64,000 nucleotides of DNA from Chitinophaga pinensis (GCA_945878115.1 CAMDVD010000013.1:123-64122), one strand, 5' to 3'; positions 18,990-29,900 are shown, numbered from the stretch's first letter. Made by a program: numbers and translations. The notes: generated by a model from the letters alone, not told the origin.

Positions 18990-20303
18990 TTATATAAATT
19001 CTGCTAGTGATTTTTTATAAACGTCTAATGCTCTTTTTCTTGCAAAGTCATGTTCAACGATAGGCGGTAAATAATTCGGTGTAAAATTTTTAATCCATTT
19101 TTTTGTATAGATTAAATCTGCATCAAATTTTTTTGTTTGCTCGGTAGGATTAAAAATTCTAAAATAAGGCGCCGCATCACAGCCACAACCTGCTGCCCAT
19201 TGCCAGTTGCCATTGTTGGAGGAGAGTTCATAATCCAACAATTTTTCAGCAAAATAAGCTTCACCCCAACGCCAGTCTATCAACAAATGTTTGGTTAGAA
19301 AACTGGCAACTACCATACGAACACGATTATGCATAAAGCCTGTTTCATTCAACTCTCGCATGCCCGCATCCACAATCGGATAACCAGTTTCACCGTTACA
19401 CCATTTGTAAAATTCAGTTTCATTATTTCGCCATGCAATGTTTTCATATTTCTTTTTGAAACTTGTATGTACCACATCTGGAAAATGAAAAAGTATCATC
19501 ATGAAAAAATCTCTCCATATTAATTCGTTCAACCATTGTTCGTTTAATTCCAAAGCTATTGCTGTAAGTTCTCTAATACTCACGGTTCCAAAGCGCAAGT
19601 GAATGCTCAATTTGCTTGTACCATGTAGCGCTGGAAAATTTCTACTGAGATGGTATTGACTAATTATTTTTTTATTGATTTCTGTTGAAGGAATTTCAAC
19701 ATCAGAGCTTTCAAATCCTAATTCATTCATGGAAGGAAATGGAAATGGTTCTATTTGTAACAAACGAGATAATAAAGTCTCTGAAGGAAATGATTTAAGC
19801 TTTTCGATTGCTAATTTTTGTTTCCAAATTTTTGAATAGGGCGTGAATACGGTGTATGGTAAACCATCTGATTTTAGCACTTCCTTTTTTTCAAATATCG
19901 TTTGGTCTTTAAACGTGTGAAAGGAAATATTTTTGGTTGCTAGCCATGTTTTAATTTGTTCATCTCTTTTAATGGCATCAGGCTCATAATCATGATTTGT
20001 AAAAACTTGCTTCACATCAAAGGTGTCGTAAATATTTTTAAAGGCTTGTAATGGTTCATCATAAACGACATATAAGGATGATCCATTTTTTTGTAATGTT
20101 GCATTTATCTTTTGTATGGTTTGATAAATAAATGAAACGCGCTTATCCTTTTTGGCGGCAAGTTTATCTAAAATATTTTTATCAAAAATAAAAATGGGGA
20201 GCACTTTATTCTCACTCAACAATGCTTCATAGAGTCCATGGTTATCGTGCAAGCGCAAATCACGACGAAACCAAAATACGGTAACTGATTTTATGTTTTT
20301 CAA
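18990..20303 (-). CDS. Deoxyribodipyrimidine photolyase / cryptochrome-DASH family protein
   Basis: 437 aa; WRDFF and NNGNWQWAAGCGCDAAPYFRIFNP in the FAD-binding domain. Confidence 0.85.
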   Translation of the reverse strand: MKNIKSVTVFWFRRDLRLHDNHGLYEALLSENKVLPIFIFDKNILDKLAAKKDKRVSFIYQTIQKINATLQKNGSSLYVVYDEPLQAFKNIYDTFDVKQVFTNHDYEPDAIKRDEQIKTWLATKNISFHTFKDQTIFEKKEVLKSDGLPYTVFTPYSKIWKQKLAIEKLKSFPSETLLSRLLQIEPFPFPSMNELGFESSDVEIPSTEINKKIISQYHLSRNFPALHGTSKLSIHLRFGTVSIRELTAIALELNEQWLNELIWRDFFMMILFHFPDVVHTSFKKKYENIAWRNNETEFYKWCNGETGYPIVDAGMRELNETGFMHNRVRMVVASFLTKHLLIDWRWGEAYFAEKLLDYELSSNNGNWQWAAGCGCDAAPYFRIFNPTEQTKKFDADLIYTKKWIKNFTPNYLPPIVEHDFARKRALDVYKKSLAEFI

Positions 20304-20821
20304 ATTTGTGTGGTGGATTTTAGTTTCAATACATCAAATCCTTTTTCTACTAATCTGGATAGAATTTGTTGGTAAATCAAGTTGTCCATTTTTGGCGTTC
20401 TTGACAGTATCCATAAATATTTTTTATTCGGATGACTTACAACCACATAACTGTAATCCTCTGCAAGATCAATTATCCAATACTTAGCTTTGAAAGGCCA
20501 AAAGAATTGCACTTTTAATTTTGCATTACCAGAATGTTTTTCGACGAAAGCTTTGCCTTTAATATAAGATTGCTTGCCTCGCACACTATCTTTGTTGCAG
20601 CGGTTTTCTACTGTGATGTAGCCTTTTTCATTCCATGTATATTCCGCAGTTGTGCAGTGGCATCCTTTTTGAAATCGTTGTGGATAGGAGGCAATTTCAT
20701 ACCACTTACCTACATACTTCTTTAAGTCCACCTGTGCAACGGCTTGTAAGGTTTGGGATTTACTCATTAATGCTATCATAAGTAGGCTGAGTAGCAGAAG
20801 ACAATTAAATGGCTTGTTCAT
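20300..20821 (-). CDS. Bacterial lipocalin (Blc-like)
   Basis: Signal peptide plus GKWYEIASYP lipocalin motif; 173 aa. Confidence 0.75.
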   Translation of the reverse strand: MNKPFNCLLLLSLLMIALMSKSQTLQAVAQVDLKKYVGKWYEIASYPQRFQKGCHCTTAEYTWNEKGYITVENRCNKDSVRGKQSYIKGKAFVEKHSGNAKLKVQFFWPFKAKYWIIDLAEDYSYVVVSHPNKKYLWILSRTPKMDNLIYQQILSRLVEKGFDVLKLKSTTQI

Positions 20822-21524
20822 CTTCTGTTTTTAATTGTATATTGAATGTTAGTTTTAGCATTTCATAGAGGTAAACGTTGATTAACATCAATTCAAAGCC
20901 ATAAAAAATATCTTCCACTGGAATTGTCCATAATTGGATGCCAATATTTTCAGCATTGTTGTACCAAACGATTGGTTGCGGCAATCCGCTTCCAGTAAGG
21001 ATTCCGTTGACGATAAAAAATGGGATAAGCAAAATTGGATAAATCATGACCAACTTGGCAAGCCATTTTATTTTTGCAAGATAGGTTATTAGAAGTAGAA
21101 TGATGCCTAAACTAATACATGTTGAAGCGGTATATAGTTTAGCGTGAAAATAAATTCCGAAGCATAAAAGTAAAGAAGATATACTGATTACGAATATATT
21201 TTGGGTTTTAGATGCCCATCGTATTTGGAAAAATAAATTCAAACAATGATAGGTAAAAACACAAGCGTAGGGAATACAAATGAAAAATAAAATTTCCTCT
21301 AATGGCAAATTAAAAAAATAAATTCCTAAAACATAATCTGGATTAAATCCCCAAACACCAATCTTGGTGAATAGAATATCCCAGCATATAAATAGGAATG
21401 CTGTTATCATATTTGCAATGAAAAATGGCTTGAAATGCTTGTAGAATTTTAATTTGGGATGAAATGAAAATACAAACGGAATGAGTACCGTACAACAATC
21501 TACAAGGAGATACAAAGATTTCAT
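20805..21524 (-). CDS. Lycopene cyclase, fused heterodimeric (CrtYc/CrtYd) type
   Basis: 239-aa polytopic membrane protein with two PxE(E/D) half-motifs (NLPLEEILFF, TIPVEDIFYGF). Confidence 0.7.
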   Translation of the reverse strand: MKSLYLLVDCCTVLIPFVFSFHPKLKFYKHFKPFFIANMITAFLFICWDILFTKIGVWGFNPDYVLGIYFFNLPLEEILFFICIPYACVFTYHCLNLFFQIRWASKTQNIFVISISSLLLCFGIYFHAKLYTASTCISLGIILLLITYLAKIKWLAKLVMIYPILLIPFFIVNGILTGSGLPQPIVWYNNAENIGIQLWTIPVEDIFYGFELMLINVYLYEMLKLTFNIQLKTEDEQAI

Positions 21525-21526
21525 GG

Positions 21527-21994
21527 CTAGCTACTGGAATTTGCCTTGCGGAAATATTTAAAAGGGACCCAAAGCATACCGAAGCACTCACCTTCTTCTT
21601 TCCCTATGTGTTTGTGATGCATTTTATGTGCTCTTCTAATGGCTTTAAAATAGGTATTGTCGGCGTTTCTTAATAAATGAAAACGTTGGTGAATAAAAAT
21701 GTCGTGTACCAAAAAATAGGCAAACCCATACAATGTAATGCCTAAGCCTACCCAAAAAAGAAAATTGAAATCTTGACGCATGCCGAAGGATATACCAGCA
21801 ATGCCAGGTAATGCAAAAATTAAAAAGAAGAAATCATTGTGTTCAAAAAAGCCAGGGGATTCTTTTTTGTGGTGATCTTTATGCAACACCCAAAGTAAGC
21901 CGTGCATAATAAATTTGTGTGTGAACCAAGCAACGCCTTCCATGAAAAGAAAGGTTGCAAGAACGATAAGTGCATTTTCGAATATTGTTTCCAT
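21527..21994 (-). CDS. crtZ: Beta-carotene hydroxylase
   Basis: 155 aa with His boxes HKDHHK, HDIFIHQRF and HKMHHKH. Confidence 0.85.
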   Translation of the reverse strand: METIFENALIVLATFLFMEGVAWFTHKFIMHGLLWVLHKDHHKKESPGFFEHNDFFFLIFALPGIAGISFGMRQDFNFLFWVGLGITLYGFAYFLVHDIFIHQRFHLLRNADNTYFKAIRRAHKMHHKHIGKEEGECFGMLWVPFKYFRKANSSS

Positions 21995-21995
21995 A

Positions 21996-22478
21996 TTATT
22001 TAAATAATTTGTCTAAGATATTTTTTCTATAAGCGAAAATAGAATTGATTTTTCTTCTCACCACTAATCTTTCTACCAATTTACCAATGAAGCCAAAGTA
22101 TAAAGAGTAATTAACTACATCCGTCATGAGTAGGCCTTTGTCTGTATCTTCAAAAGTATGCGTGTGCTCCCAAGTTTTATAGGGGCCTTTGGTTTGCCGG
22201 TCTGTAAAATATTTTTTATTATCTACTCTACAAATTTCAGTTTGCCATCGAACTTTAATGCCGAGTAGTGGTTTGACAGTATAGTCAATTTTCATGCCTT
22301 CATAAATTTCTTCACCATGAAGTGCTGTCAAAATTTTAAACTCCATTTCAGGTGGCGTAATGACAGACAGGTTTTTGGGTGAGGAAAAAAAAGCCCAAGC
22401 TTTTTCTCTATCGATTGGTAAATATTGTTCTGATTTAAACTGATGCATACTCATGTGTTTTGTGTGTGAAGTGATCAT
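21996..22478 (-). CDS. SRPBCC (START/cyclase-dehydrase fold) family protein
   Basis: About 150-160 aa. Composition and placement match SRPBCC genes seen in Bacteroidota carotenoid clusters. The start is uncertain (22478, 22454 or 22448), and every option overlaps the idi stop. Confidence 0.5.
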   Translation of the reverse strand: MITSHTKHMSMHQFKSEQYLPIDREKAWAFFSSPKNLSVITPPEMEFKILTALHGEEIYEGMKIDYTVKPLLGIKVRWQTEICRVDNKKYFTDRQTKGPYKTWEHTHTFEDTDKGLLMTDVVNYSLYFGFIGKLVERLVVRRKINSIFAYRKNILDKLFK

Positions 22479-22989
22479 TAAAATGGGACTTTACCTGCGG
22501 CAAACTTATTTTCATCCATTCTGTATAGATTTCTGGATGATGAATAATGTCGTTTTCTAAATTTTCGATACTAATATATTTCCAGCTCTTAACTTCTGTT
22601 TTTTCAGGAAATGGGGTGTCATCTGTAAACCCGAAATAGACGTGATCCAATTCATGTTCCGTTAACCCGTTAGCAAATTTGGTTTTATAGATAAAACTGA
22701 AAGCGAAACTTGTTTTACAATGCATTCCCATTTCTTCATGCAAACGTCTTTCTATTGCAGATGAAACTTCTTCGCCAAAGCGCGGATGACTGCAGCAAGT
22801 GTTCGTCCATAAGCCGCCAGAATGGTATTTACTATCATCCCTTTGTTGTAAAAGTAATTCTCCTTTTGCATTAAAAATAAAAACTGAAAATGCACGATGC
22901 AACAATCCCAATTGGTGCACCATTAGTTTTTCCATGTTGCCAAGTGGATTGTCATTTTCATCTACAAGAATTAAAAGTTCGGTCATCAT
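22435..22989 (-). CDS. idi: Isopentenyl-diphosphate delta-isomerase, type 1 (Nudix)
   Basis: LHRAFSVFIFN, GGLWTNTCCSHP and the HELDHVY region are typical of type-1 IDI. Confidence 0.85.
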   Translation of the reverse strand: MMTELLILVDENDNPLGNMEKLMVHQLGLLHRAFSVFIFNAKGELLLQQRDDSKYHSGGLWTNTCCSHPRFGEEVSSAIERRLHEEMGMHCKTSFAFSFIYKTKFANGLTEHELDHVYFGFTDDTPFPEKTEVKSWKYISIENLENDIIHHPEIYTEWMKISLPQVKSHFNDHFTHKTHEYASV

Positions 22990-23018
22990 TATAAATTTTG
23001 GTTTTCCTTGGATAATAC

Positions 23019-23483
23019 TTATTTAGCATCTTTTAAAAAGGAATTAATCATTTGTTTTAATACTAAATCCTTTAGGTTATACACCGCATGCAGAAGAAAT
23101 TGTTTGTCTACTGTGATGGATTGGTTGTAGCCTAAAAATGAAGGGGCATTCGATTGCACGGTTAAGCGCAGGTAACGGATTTCTGCATTTTCAGTATCAG
23201 CGGATACACATTTTTCCAGCAATTGTTTCCCTCCTTTGAAATAGGATAATTTGCGAAAAGGATTAGAAACATATTTAGCCATCATCATAGTAGCGCAAGC
23301 TTTATAAGCTGCCAATGTTGGATTGTTGTGTTCATTATTTTTTTCTAAAATGGAAATTAATTGGATACTGATTTCTTCTTTATTTGCTGAGGCTTGATAT
23401 AATCTGCGCACCTCTTGAATCGGAAGGTCACCGGCATAGCTTTTTGCAGAAAATAGAATAAAAAGGAAAATTAGCGTTCTCAT
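23019..23483 (-). CDS. Hypothetical secreted helical protein embedded in the carotenoid operon
   Basis: 154 aa with signal peptide MRTLIFLFILFSAKSYAG. No family recognised. Its start overlaps the crtB stop by 4 nt (23480-23483). Confidence 0.5.
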   Translation of the reverse strand: MRTLIFLFILFSAKSYAGDLPIQEVRRLYQASANKEEISIQLISILEKNNEHNNPTLAAYKACATMMMAKYVSNPFRKLSYFKGGKQLLEKCVSADTENAEIRYLRLTVQSNAPSFLGYNQSITVDKQFLLHAVYNLKDLVLKQMINSFLKDAK

Positions 23484-24316
23484 ACTATGTTCATTTTATA
23501 CTGGAGCATACTGTTGATCATCAATCCCAATTTTTGGCCATTGCTGATATGAATTCTTTCGGAAAGAATTTTTTGAGCAGGTAATTTTTTTATTTTCTTG
23601 AACAATGAATGATAGTAAACATAAGCAAGATATACACCGCCTTTTGATGAGGATGGAAGTTTTTTTATACCAATCAATGCTTCTTTAAAATCTAATTCTA
23701 TTTCATTTTCGATTTCCCTTTTTGTTTGTGTAGAAAATTTTGTCATATCTACATTTGGGAAATAGGTCCTTCCTAGAATTTGATAATCGGCTTTCATGTC
23801 GCGTAAAAAATTAATTTTTTGAAATGCGGCACCTAACTTCATTGCGAAAGGTTTTAATTCGGAATACAGATCTTTATTTCCTTCTGTAAAAACATGTAAG
23901 CACATCAAGCCAACCACTTCCGCTGATCCTAAAATATACTCCTGGTATTTTTCTGCAGTATAATTTACTTTCTCCAAATCCATTTCCATACTTTTGAGAA
24001 ATGTGTCAATTAATTCATGTTGAATTTTATATTGATGGACAACTTGTTGAAATGAATTTAATATTGGATTAAGGGATATGCGATTTTCAATTGCTTCATA
24101 GGTTTCGAGTTTGAATTTTTGCAGCAAATATTTTTTATCAAATCCTTCAAAACTGTCCACTATTTCATCGGCAAATCGAACAAACCCGTAAATGGCATAT
24201 ATCGGATTTCTTAGTTTGTTATTTAGAAAATAGATCCCTAAAGAAAAACTAGTGCTGTATGCGCGCGTGGTCATTTTGCTGCATTGCATGGATACATCGT
24301 CAAAGAGTGACTTCAT
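23480..24316 (-). CDS. crtB: Phytoene synthase
   Basis: 278 aa; squalene/phytoene synthase Asp-rich regions (FVRFADEIVD, INFLRDMKADY). Confidence 0.85.
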   Translation of the reverse strand: MKSLFDDVSMQCSKMTTRAYSTSFSLGIYFLNNKLRNPIYAIYGFVRFADEIVDSFEGFDKKYLLQKFKLETYEAIENRISLNPILNSFQQVVHQYKIQHELIDTFLKSMEMDLEKVNYTAEKYQEYILGSAEVVGLMCLHVFTEGNKDLYSELKPFAMKLGAAFQKINFLRDMKADYQILGRTYFPNVDMTKFSTQTKREIENEIELDFKEALIGIKKLPSSSKGGVYLAYVYYHSLFKKIKKLPAQKILSERIHISNGQKLGLMINSMLQYKMNIV

Positions 24317-24320
24317 GGTT

Positions 24321-25796
24321 TTAGTTTTTTAAGTATTTTAATAATTGATCAGACGCAACTTTGCCAGAGATGATAGATGGCGGTACACCAGGACCTGGAA
24401 CCGTTAGCTGACCGGTATAAAATAGATTGTCAATTTTGTTGTTTTTTATTTTAGGTTTCAATATCGCTGTCTGCATTAAAGTATTTGCAAGTCCATAGGC
24501 GTTGCCTTTGTAGGAATTGTAATCCAGAATAAAATCATGAACACAATAGCTGCTTTTGAAATCAATGTGATTAGAAATATTTTCATTTACTTGTTTTTCT
24601 AATCTCTCCATCATGACATTAAAATATTTTTCACGCATTTCTTCGCTGTCATGCAGTCCAGTTGCAATTGGCATAAGTAGAAAGAGATTTTCATGACCAA
24701 TGGGTGCGATGCCATCATCTGATTTTGAGGGACAGCATACATAAAATAATGGTTTGCTTGGCCACTGTGGTGTCTTATATATTTCGATAGAATGTTGGTG
24801 TAAGTCTTCGTCAAAAAATAGCGTGTGGTGACGAAGAGATTCGATTTTCTTGTTGATGCCAAGATAAAAAATGAGACAAGATGGGGCAAACGTTTTTTTC
24901 TCCCAATATTTTTCTGTATAGTTTCTATATTCTTTAGGTAATAATTTGCTTTCTACATGATGATAATCTGCAGAGGCGATGACAGCATCAAATTTCAATT
25001 CAACGCCATTTACTACTATGTTTTTTGCAAGACTATTTTCAATCCCAATTTTCTCAACAGCCGCATTTACATGAAAACGGGCTCCATTTTTTTCAGCAAC
25101 TTTTTGCATGGCTTCAATTACCTTACCAAACCCACCTTGTGGATACCAAGTCCCTAATTTTAACCCGGCATAATTCATTAAGCTATATAGGGCAGGGGTG
25201 TCTTGTGGCATGGCTCCCAAAAACAAAACTGGAAACTCCATCAATGCGATGAGTTTGGGATGTGAAAAATATTTACGTACATGCTTGCTGAAAGCCGAAA
25301 ATACTTGCAATCGAAATACACCTTTCATTAATTCTACATCAGCAAATTCTGCTATGGAAAGCCCAGGTTTGTACACTAGGTTTTCTATCCCTGTCTTGTA
25401 TTTATACTCTGCTTCTTGCATAAAAAGTTGGAGTTGGCTTGCACTGCCGGTTTCAATGGATTCGAAAAGTGTACACAAGGAATCAAAATTTTCAGGCACG
25501 CTCATTGTATCCTGTTCTCCATACACAATATCAAAAGAAGGATCTAATAATTTTAGTTCGTAGTAATCGGAAACTTTGTACCCAAAATCATGAAAAAATT
25601 TTTCGAATACATCAGGCATCCAATACCAACTTGGCCCCATATCAAAAATATATCCAGATTCTGTTTTTAATTGTCTAGCTCTTCCACCTACAGTTGCATT
25701 TTTTTCAAACACATGCACTTCATGTCCAGCTGCAGATAGATAAGCTGCAGCGCTTATGCCAGAAAAACCAGAACCAATAATTGCTATTTTGGACAT
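24321..25796 (-). CDS. crtI: Phytoene desaturase
   Basis: 491 aa; N-terminal IAIIGSGFSGISAA FAD fold and a C-terminal TVPGPGVP motif. Confidence 0.9.
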   Translation of the reverse strand: MSKIAIIGSGFSGISAAAYLSAAGHEVHVFEKNATVGGRARQLKTESGYIFDMGPSWYWMPDVFEKFFHDFGYKVSDYYELKLLDPSFDIVYGEQDTMSVPENFDSLCTLFESIETGSASQLQLFMQEAEYKYKTGIENLVYKPGLSIAEFADVELMKGVFRLQVFSAFSKHVRKYFSHPKLIALMEFPVLFLGAMPQDTPALYSLMNYAGLKLGTWYPQGGFGKVIEAMQKVAEKNGARFHVNAAVEKIGIENSLAKNIVVNGVELKFDAVIASADYHHVESKLLPKEYRNYTEKYWEKKTFAPSCLIFYLGINKKIESLRHHTLFFDEDLHQHSIEIYKTPQWPSKPLFYVCCPSKSDDGIAPIGHENLFLLMPIATGLHDSEEMREKYFNVMMERLEKQVNENISNHIDFKSSYCVHDFILDYNSYKGNAYGLANTLMQTAILKPKIKNNKIDNLFYTGQLTVPGPGVPPSIISGKVASDQLLKYLKN

Positions 25797-25828
25797 TTTT
25801 TTTGTTTATAATTTTATTTATTTAAACA

Positions 25829-26749
25829 TTAAATTAGTCCTAATTGCTTCTCAAATTCTTCTACAGATCGAATCCAGTTATCGCCTTTGCCAATTTTTAA
25901 TTGGCTCAATAATTTGTCATTGCCTGAAAAATGAATTTTTGTTTTGCTAAATGACTTTTTTAATTTATTTATATATCCTTGTGTGTTTTCTGGTGCATCA
26001 TGATGAACCAAAAAGAAAAGTAAATGATTTGGTTTTATTTTCTCGGCGGCATCTGTCAATGTATCAAAGGGGACATTACTTCCCAAATATATTACTTTCT
26101 TTCCAGTCTGACGTAAAAGATAATAAGAGAGCAATAATCCAATTTCGTGAAATTCGTTTTCAGGGAGGAAAAGTAACCAGGTATCGCTTGTTGATGTAGA
26201 GGGAGGGAGTGAATCGATAGCAGAAAATAGTTTTTGCTTGATAATATTACTACTGAAATGCTCATAGGCAGCGGAATTGGTCCCGGTTGCCCACATTAAT
26301 CCAATTTTGTGTAACATCGGATAAATTACTTGTAAATAGGTATTTCGTAAGCCTAAACGAAGAACGCAATTTGAAAATATTTTCTCAAAATGGATTTCAT
26401 CAAAATGAGTTGCTGCTGCAATGAGTTGGGAAACATAATATTCGTGGGAAGCGTCGCTTGATATATCTTTTTGCTTCGCTTCTAATAATTTAAACAACAT
26501 GGAATCTGTCATGCCGCACAATTCGGATACTTTGTAATCGGACTCCATTAAGCTCACAATATTTAACAATCGCTTTAATTGCGAATTATCATAATATCTG
26601 GTATTCCCTTCTGAACGGGTTGGATGTAAAGCTTGGTATCGCTGTTCCCACATTCTGATGGTATGGGCTTTTATCCCGGAGAATTGTTGAAGTTCTGAAA
26701 TGGAAAATAAATTCACTTTGTTTAACTTTATGTAAAAATATTTAAACAA
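25829..26749 (-). CDS. MerR-family, B12-binding light-responsive regulator (CarH/LitR type)
   Basis: N-terminal MerR HTH (FSISELQQFSGIKAHTIRMWEQRY). W-x9-E-H signature (WATGTNSAAYEH, aa 153-164). E-x-H-x-x-G B12 motif (EFHEIG, aa 199-204). The track start is a TTG; a GTG at 26716 is an alternative. Confidence 0.8.
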   Translation of the reverse strand: MFKYFYIKLNKVNLFSISELQQFSGIKAHTIRMWEQRYQALHPTRSEGNTRYYDNSQLKRLLNIVSLMESDYKVSELCGMTDSMLFKLLEAKQKDISSDASHEYYVSQLIAAATHFDEIHFEKIFSNCVLRLGLRNTYLQVIYPMLHKIGLMWATGTNSAAYEHFSSNIIKQKLFSAIDSLPPSTSTSDTWLLFLPENEFHEIGLLLSYYLLRQTGKKVIYLGSNVPFDTLTDAAEKIKPNHLLFFLVHHDAPENTQGYINKLKKSFSKTKIHFSGNDKLLSQLKIGKGDNWIRSVEEFEKQLGLI

Positions 26750-26917
26750 AATGACATGGGCAAATAAATTTTATTCTATAGTAAATCTTCACACCCCAAT
26801 ATTGTGTGTATAAATTAGCCCTTTGGTTATAGTTTGAGTGGACTTACTATTTTGGTAAAGCTGAATGTATTGTTGTATTGAATTGTGCTTTGTTTGCCAC
26901 GTAAAGTTGAAGCATTA

Positions 26918-29900
26918 TCAAATTTTATTCATTACTAGCTCCACGATTTTATTGTATAATAATTTTTCATTAATAGGTTTGGGAATATAATTGTCCATAC
27001 CAAATGCCTTGCACTTTGCGACATCTGCTGTGGTTACATCAGCTGTTAAGGCAATAATTGGAATTGTAGATTTCATTGTGTTGCGGATGTATTCTGTTGC
27101 TTCAAATCCATTCATTTCAGGCATCTGTAGATCCATCAAAATAATATCATAAGACTGTTTACTGAGCGTAGCCGAAGTAAGTTTTTCGATTACCATTTTC
27201 CCATTGCTTACAATTTCATATTCGAATCCAAAATCACTTAAAATTATTTTAATCAATAGTTGATTTAATGCTACATCTTCGGCCACTAACACGCGCAATT
27301 TTTTAATTCTTGGTTCTAATGTTAGGACCTCTATTTCTTCTTCGGATTGTATACTTGTTTTTCCAAAAGGCATAATAAAGCTGAACGTAGAACCTTCGCC
27401 AAGCTTACTTCTTACGCTAATACTTCCGCCTTGCACTTCTATTAATTGTTTGACGATTGCCAACCCCAATCCAGTGCCTCCATAAGAATTTGCGGTGCTT
27501 AGTTCTGCTTGTTCGAAAAGATTAAAAATGGAATCTATTTTGTTTGGTGCAATACCGATGCCTGAATCACTAACGGCAAATTCAATAGTCACATGTTGTT
27601 CATCTACGCTGAGTAATTTGACGACTAAAGCAATTTTCCCAGCATGTGTAAATTTTACAGCATTGCTTATCAGATTTAAAATAATCTGATTTAAACGCAA
27701 TGAATCACCCAATAGCATAGATGGAATATTGTCGTCGTATTCTCTTACAAGTTCCAAATTCTTTTCTTTTATTTTTAGATCAAAAGAGTGGAGTATGGAG
27801 CTTATGGTTTCGCGTATTTTAAATGGTTGCTTTTCAAAGGTCATTTTGCCAGCATCTACTTTCGCCAAATCCAATATGTCGTTTATAAGCATATTTAAAG
27901 ACTTACCACTTGTTTGTATTGCATGTAAAAATTCTTTTTGTTCTATGCCTAATTCTGTTTTTAATAGCACATTCGCAAATCCTAGAATAGAATTCAGTGG
28001 TGTACGTATTTCGTGGCTCATGTTAGACAAGAACTGTTGTTTGAACTTTAGGGCATTTTCTGCAGAGACCTTTGCTTCCTTCAATTCGTCTTCAAACAGT
28101 TTGCCTTCATGAATATCTATACTCACACCTATGTACCCCATAAATTTACCATTGGGCAAATAGCGCGGATTACCCTTAACCGAATGCCACCTGTATTCGC
28201 CATCGTGCTGTTTTATTCTTATTCCACTTAAAAAATACGGTTGGCGTTTTTTAAATGCCGGCACATACACATCCATTAAACCCTGCAAGTCATCAGCGTG
28301 TATTAACTTTAGCCAGGCTTTGCCAAGTGCTTCTTCCATCGTTTGTCCGGTATAATTCAACCAGTTTTTGTTCCAATAGCTAATGTTAGCTTCCTCATCA
28401 GGTTCTATAATAAAAATGTGCATGGGAACATCATTTGCCAGTGAGCGAAACCGTTCTTCGCTTTCTTCAATCTTTCTTTTTGCAATCACCTGCTCGGTTA
28501 CTTCATTACCAATAATAGTAATACCGGAAATAGTTTGGTCTATTTCCAAATAAGGCTGGAAAACAAAATTGAAAAAATACTCTTCCTTTATATGTCCATG
28601 CATATTACTTGGGCTCTGTACTTCAATACCATGAAAAGGAATACCGGTGGCACACACCTCATTAAGCATATCGAGGAATGTGGTGTCTTTAAGTTCGGGC
28701 ATAATTTCAAGCAGCGATTTACCTTCTATATCTTTCCCTCTTCCCCACACCTCTTTAATCTGGTCGTTTGCAAGCTCAATGATAAGGTCTTTACCTTTTA
28801 GCACGGCAAAAGTAAATGACGAATTCATTAGCATCATGTTATACCGCTTCTCACTTTCTTCGATTTGCTTTCTTAAATTTTGTTCTGCCTCAACCTGTAT
28901 TAATAAAATTTCTTTTTCTTTATTCTTCAACTCCATTGCTTTGCTCCTTATATCGGTATTATCTGCAAAGGCAAGCAGTATTAATTCTTCATGATTGGTT
29001 TTCTGAATTATGCGGCTGGCATTGAGCAGCATTATTCTTTCGCCAATGACAGGGAAGGTTTGTGTTATTTCAAAATCGCAAAAATGAGAATTTCTTGGAA
29101 GGATATCTTCGAGCAATTCGCGTAGGCGCGGAATATTCCATTGCTTGTTTCCTAAATCATACAACAGTATTCCTTCTGTTTCTTCTTCTTTAACCTTAAA
29201 CATTTTATAGAATGTTTTGTTGGCAGATTTTACACGAAGATTTTTATCTAATACAATCATGGGTTCGTGTATGGTGGCAAATACGGCTTCGGAATAACCA
29301 TAAGCTTCATTCAGCAAATCGTTGCGTGTTTGTAACTCTTGATTGGTGGTGGTGAGTTCTTCATTGGCAGATTCTATTTCTTCTTTTGAAGTTTCCAATT
29401 CTTCATTCAAGGTTTGCAATTCTTCGTTGCTGGAAACCACTTCTTCATTGGCACTTTGTAATTCTTCGGCAAATGCTTCCTGCTCTTGCGCAATGGAGAG
29501 CGCGTCTGCATGCGCCTCGGCTAATTCCAATTCTAATTTTTTTATTCGTCTGTCTTTTGCCAGCGAATTATTTTTTCCATCTACTGCATGTGCTGAAAAA
29601 ATTTCGGTTTGTTCTTGTTCCGTGAAAAGGATTAAAAGCAAAGGTTCGGTGGATTCTATTTTGAATGGAACAATTTCCAAACTGACCATTCGAACGGCGG
29701 AATTTATTTTTAATTCGATGCCACTTTTGCGAATACGGAGTTTTGTTTTGATGACTTTCGATATGGCATTACGCAATTCAAAAGCAATTTCAGGGCGGGC
29801 CATTTTTAAAATATTAAAGGTGGCTTTGCCTTTAGGATGGGTAAGAAATAAATCGGTGGTTCCGCGAAATTGAACAATTTCCATTTGGTGATTGACGACC

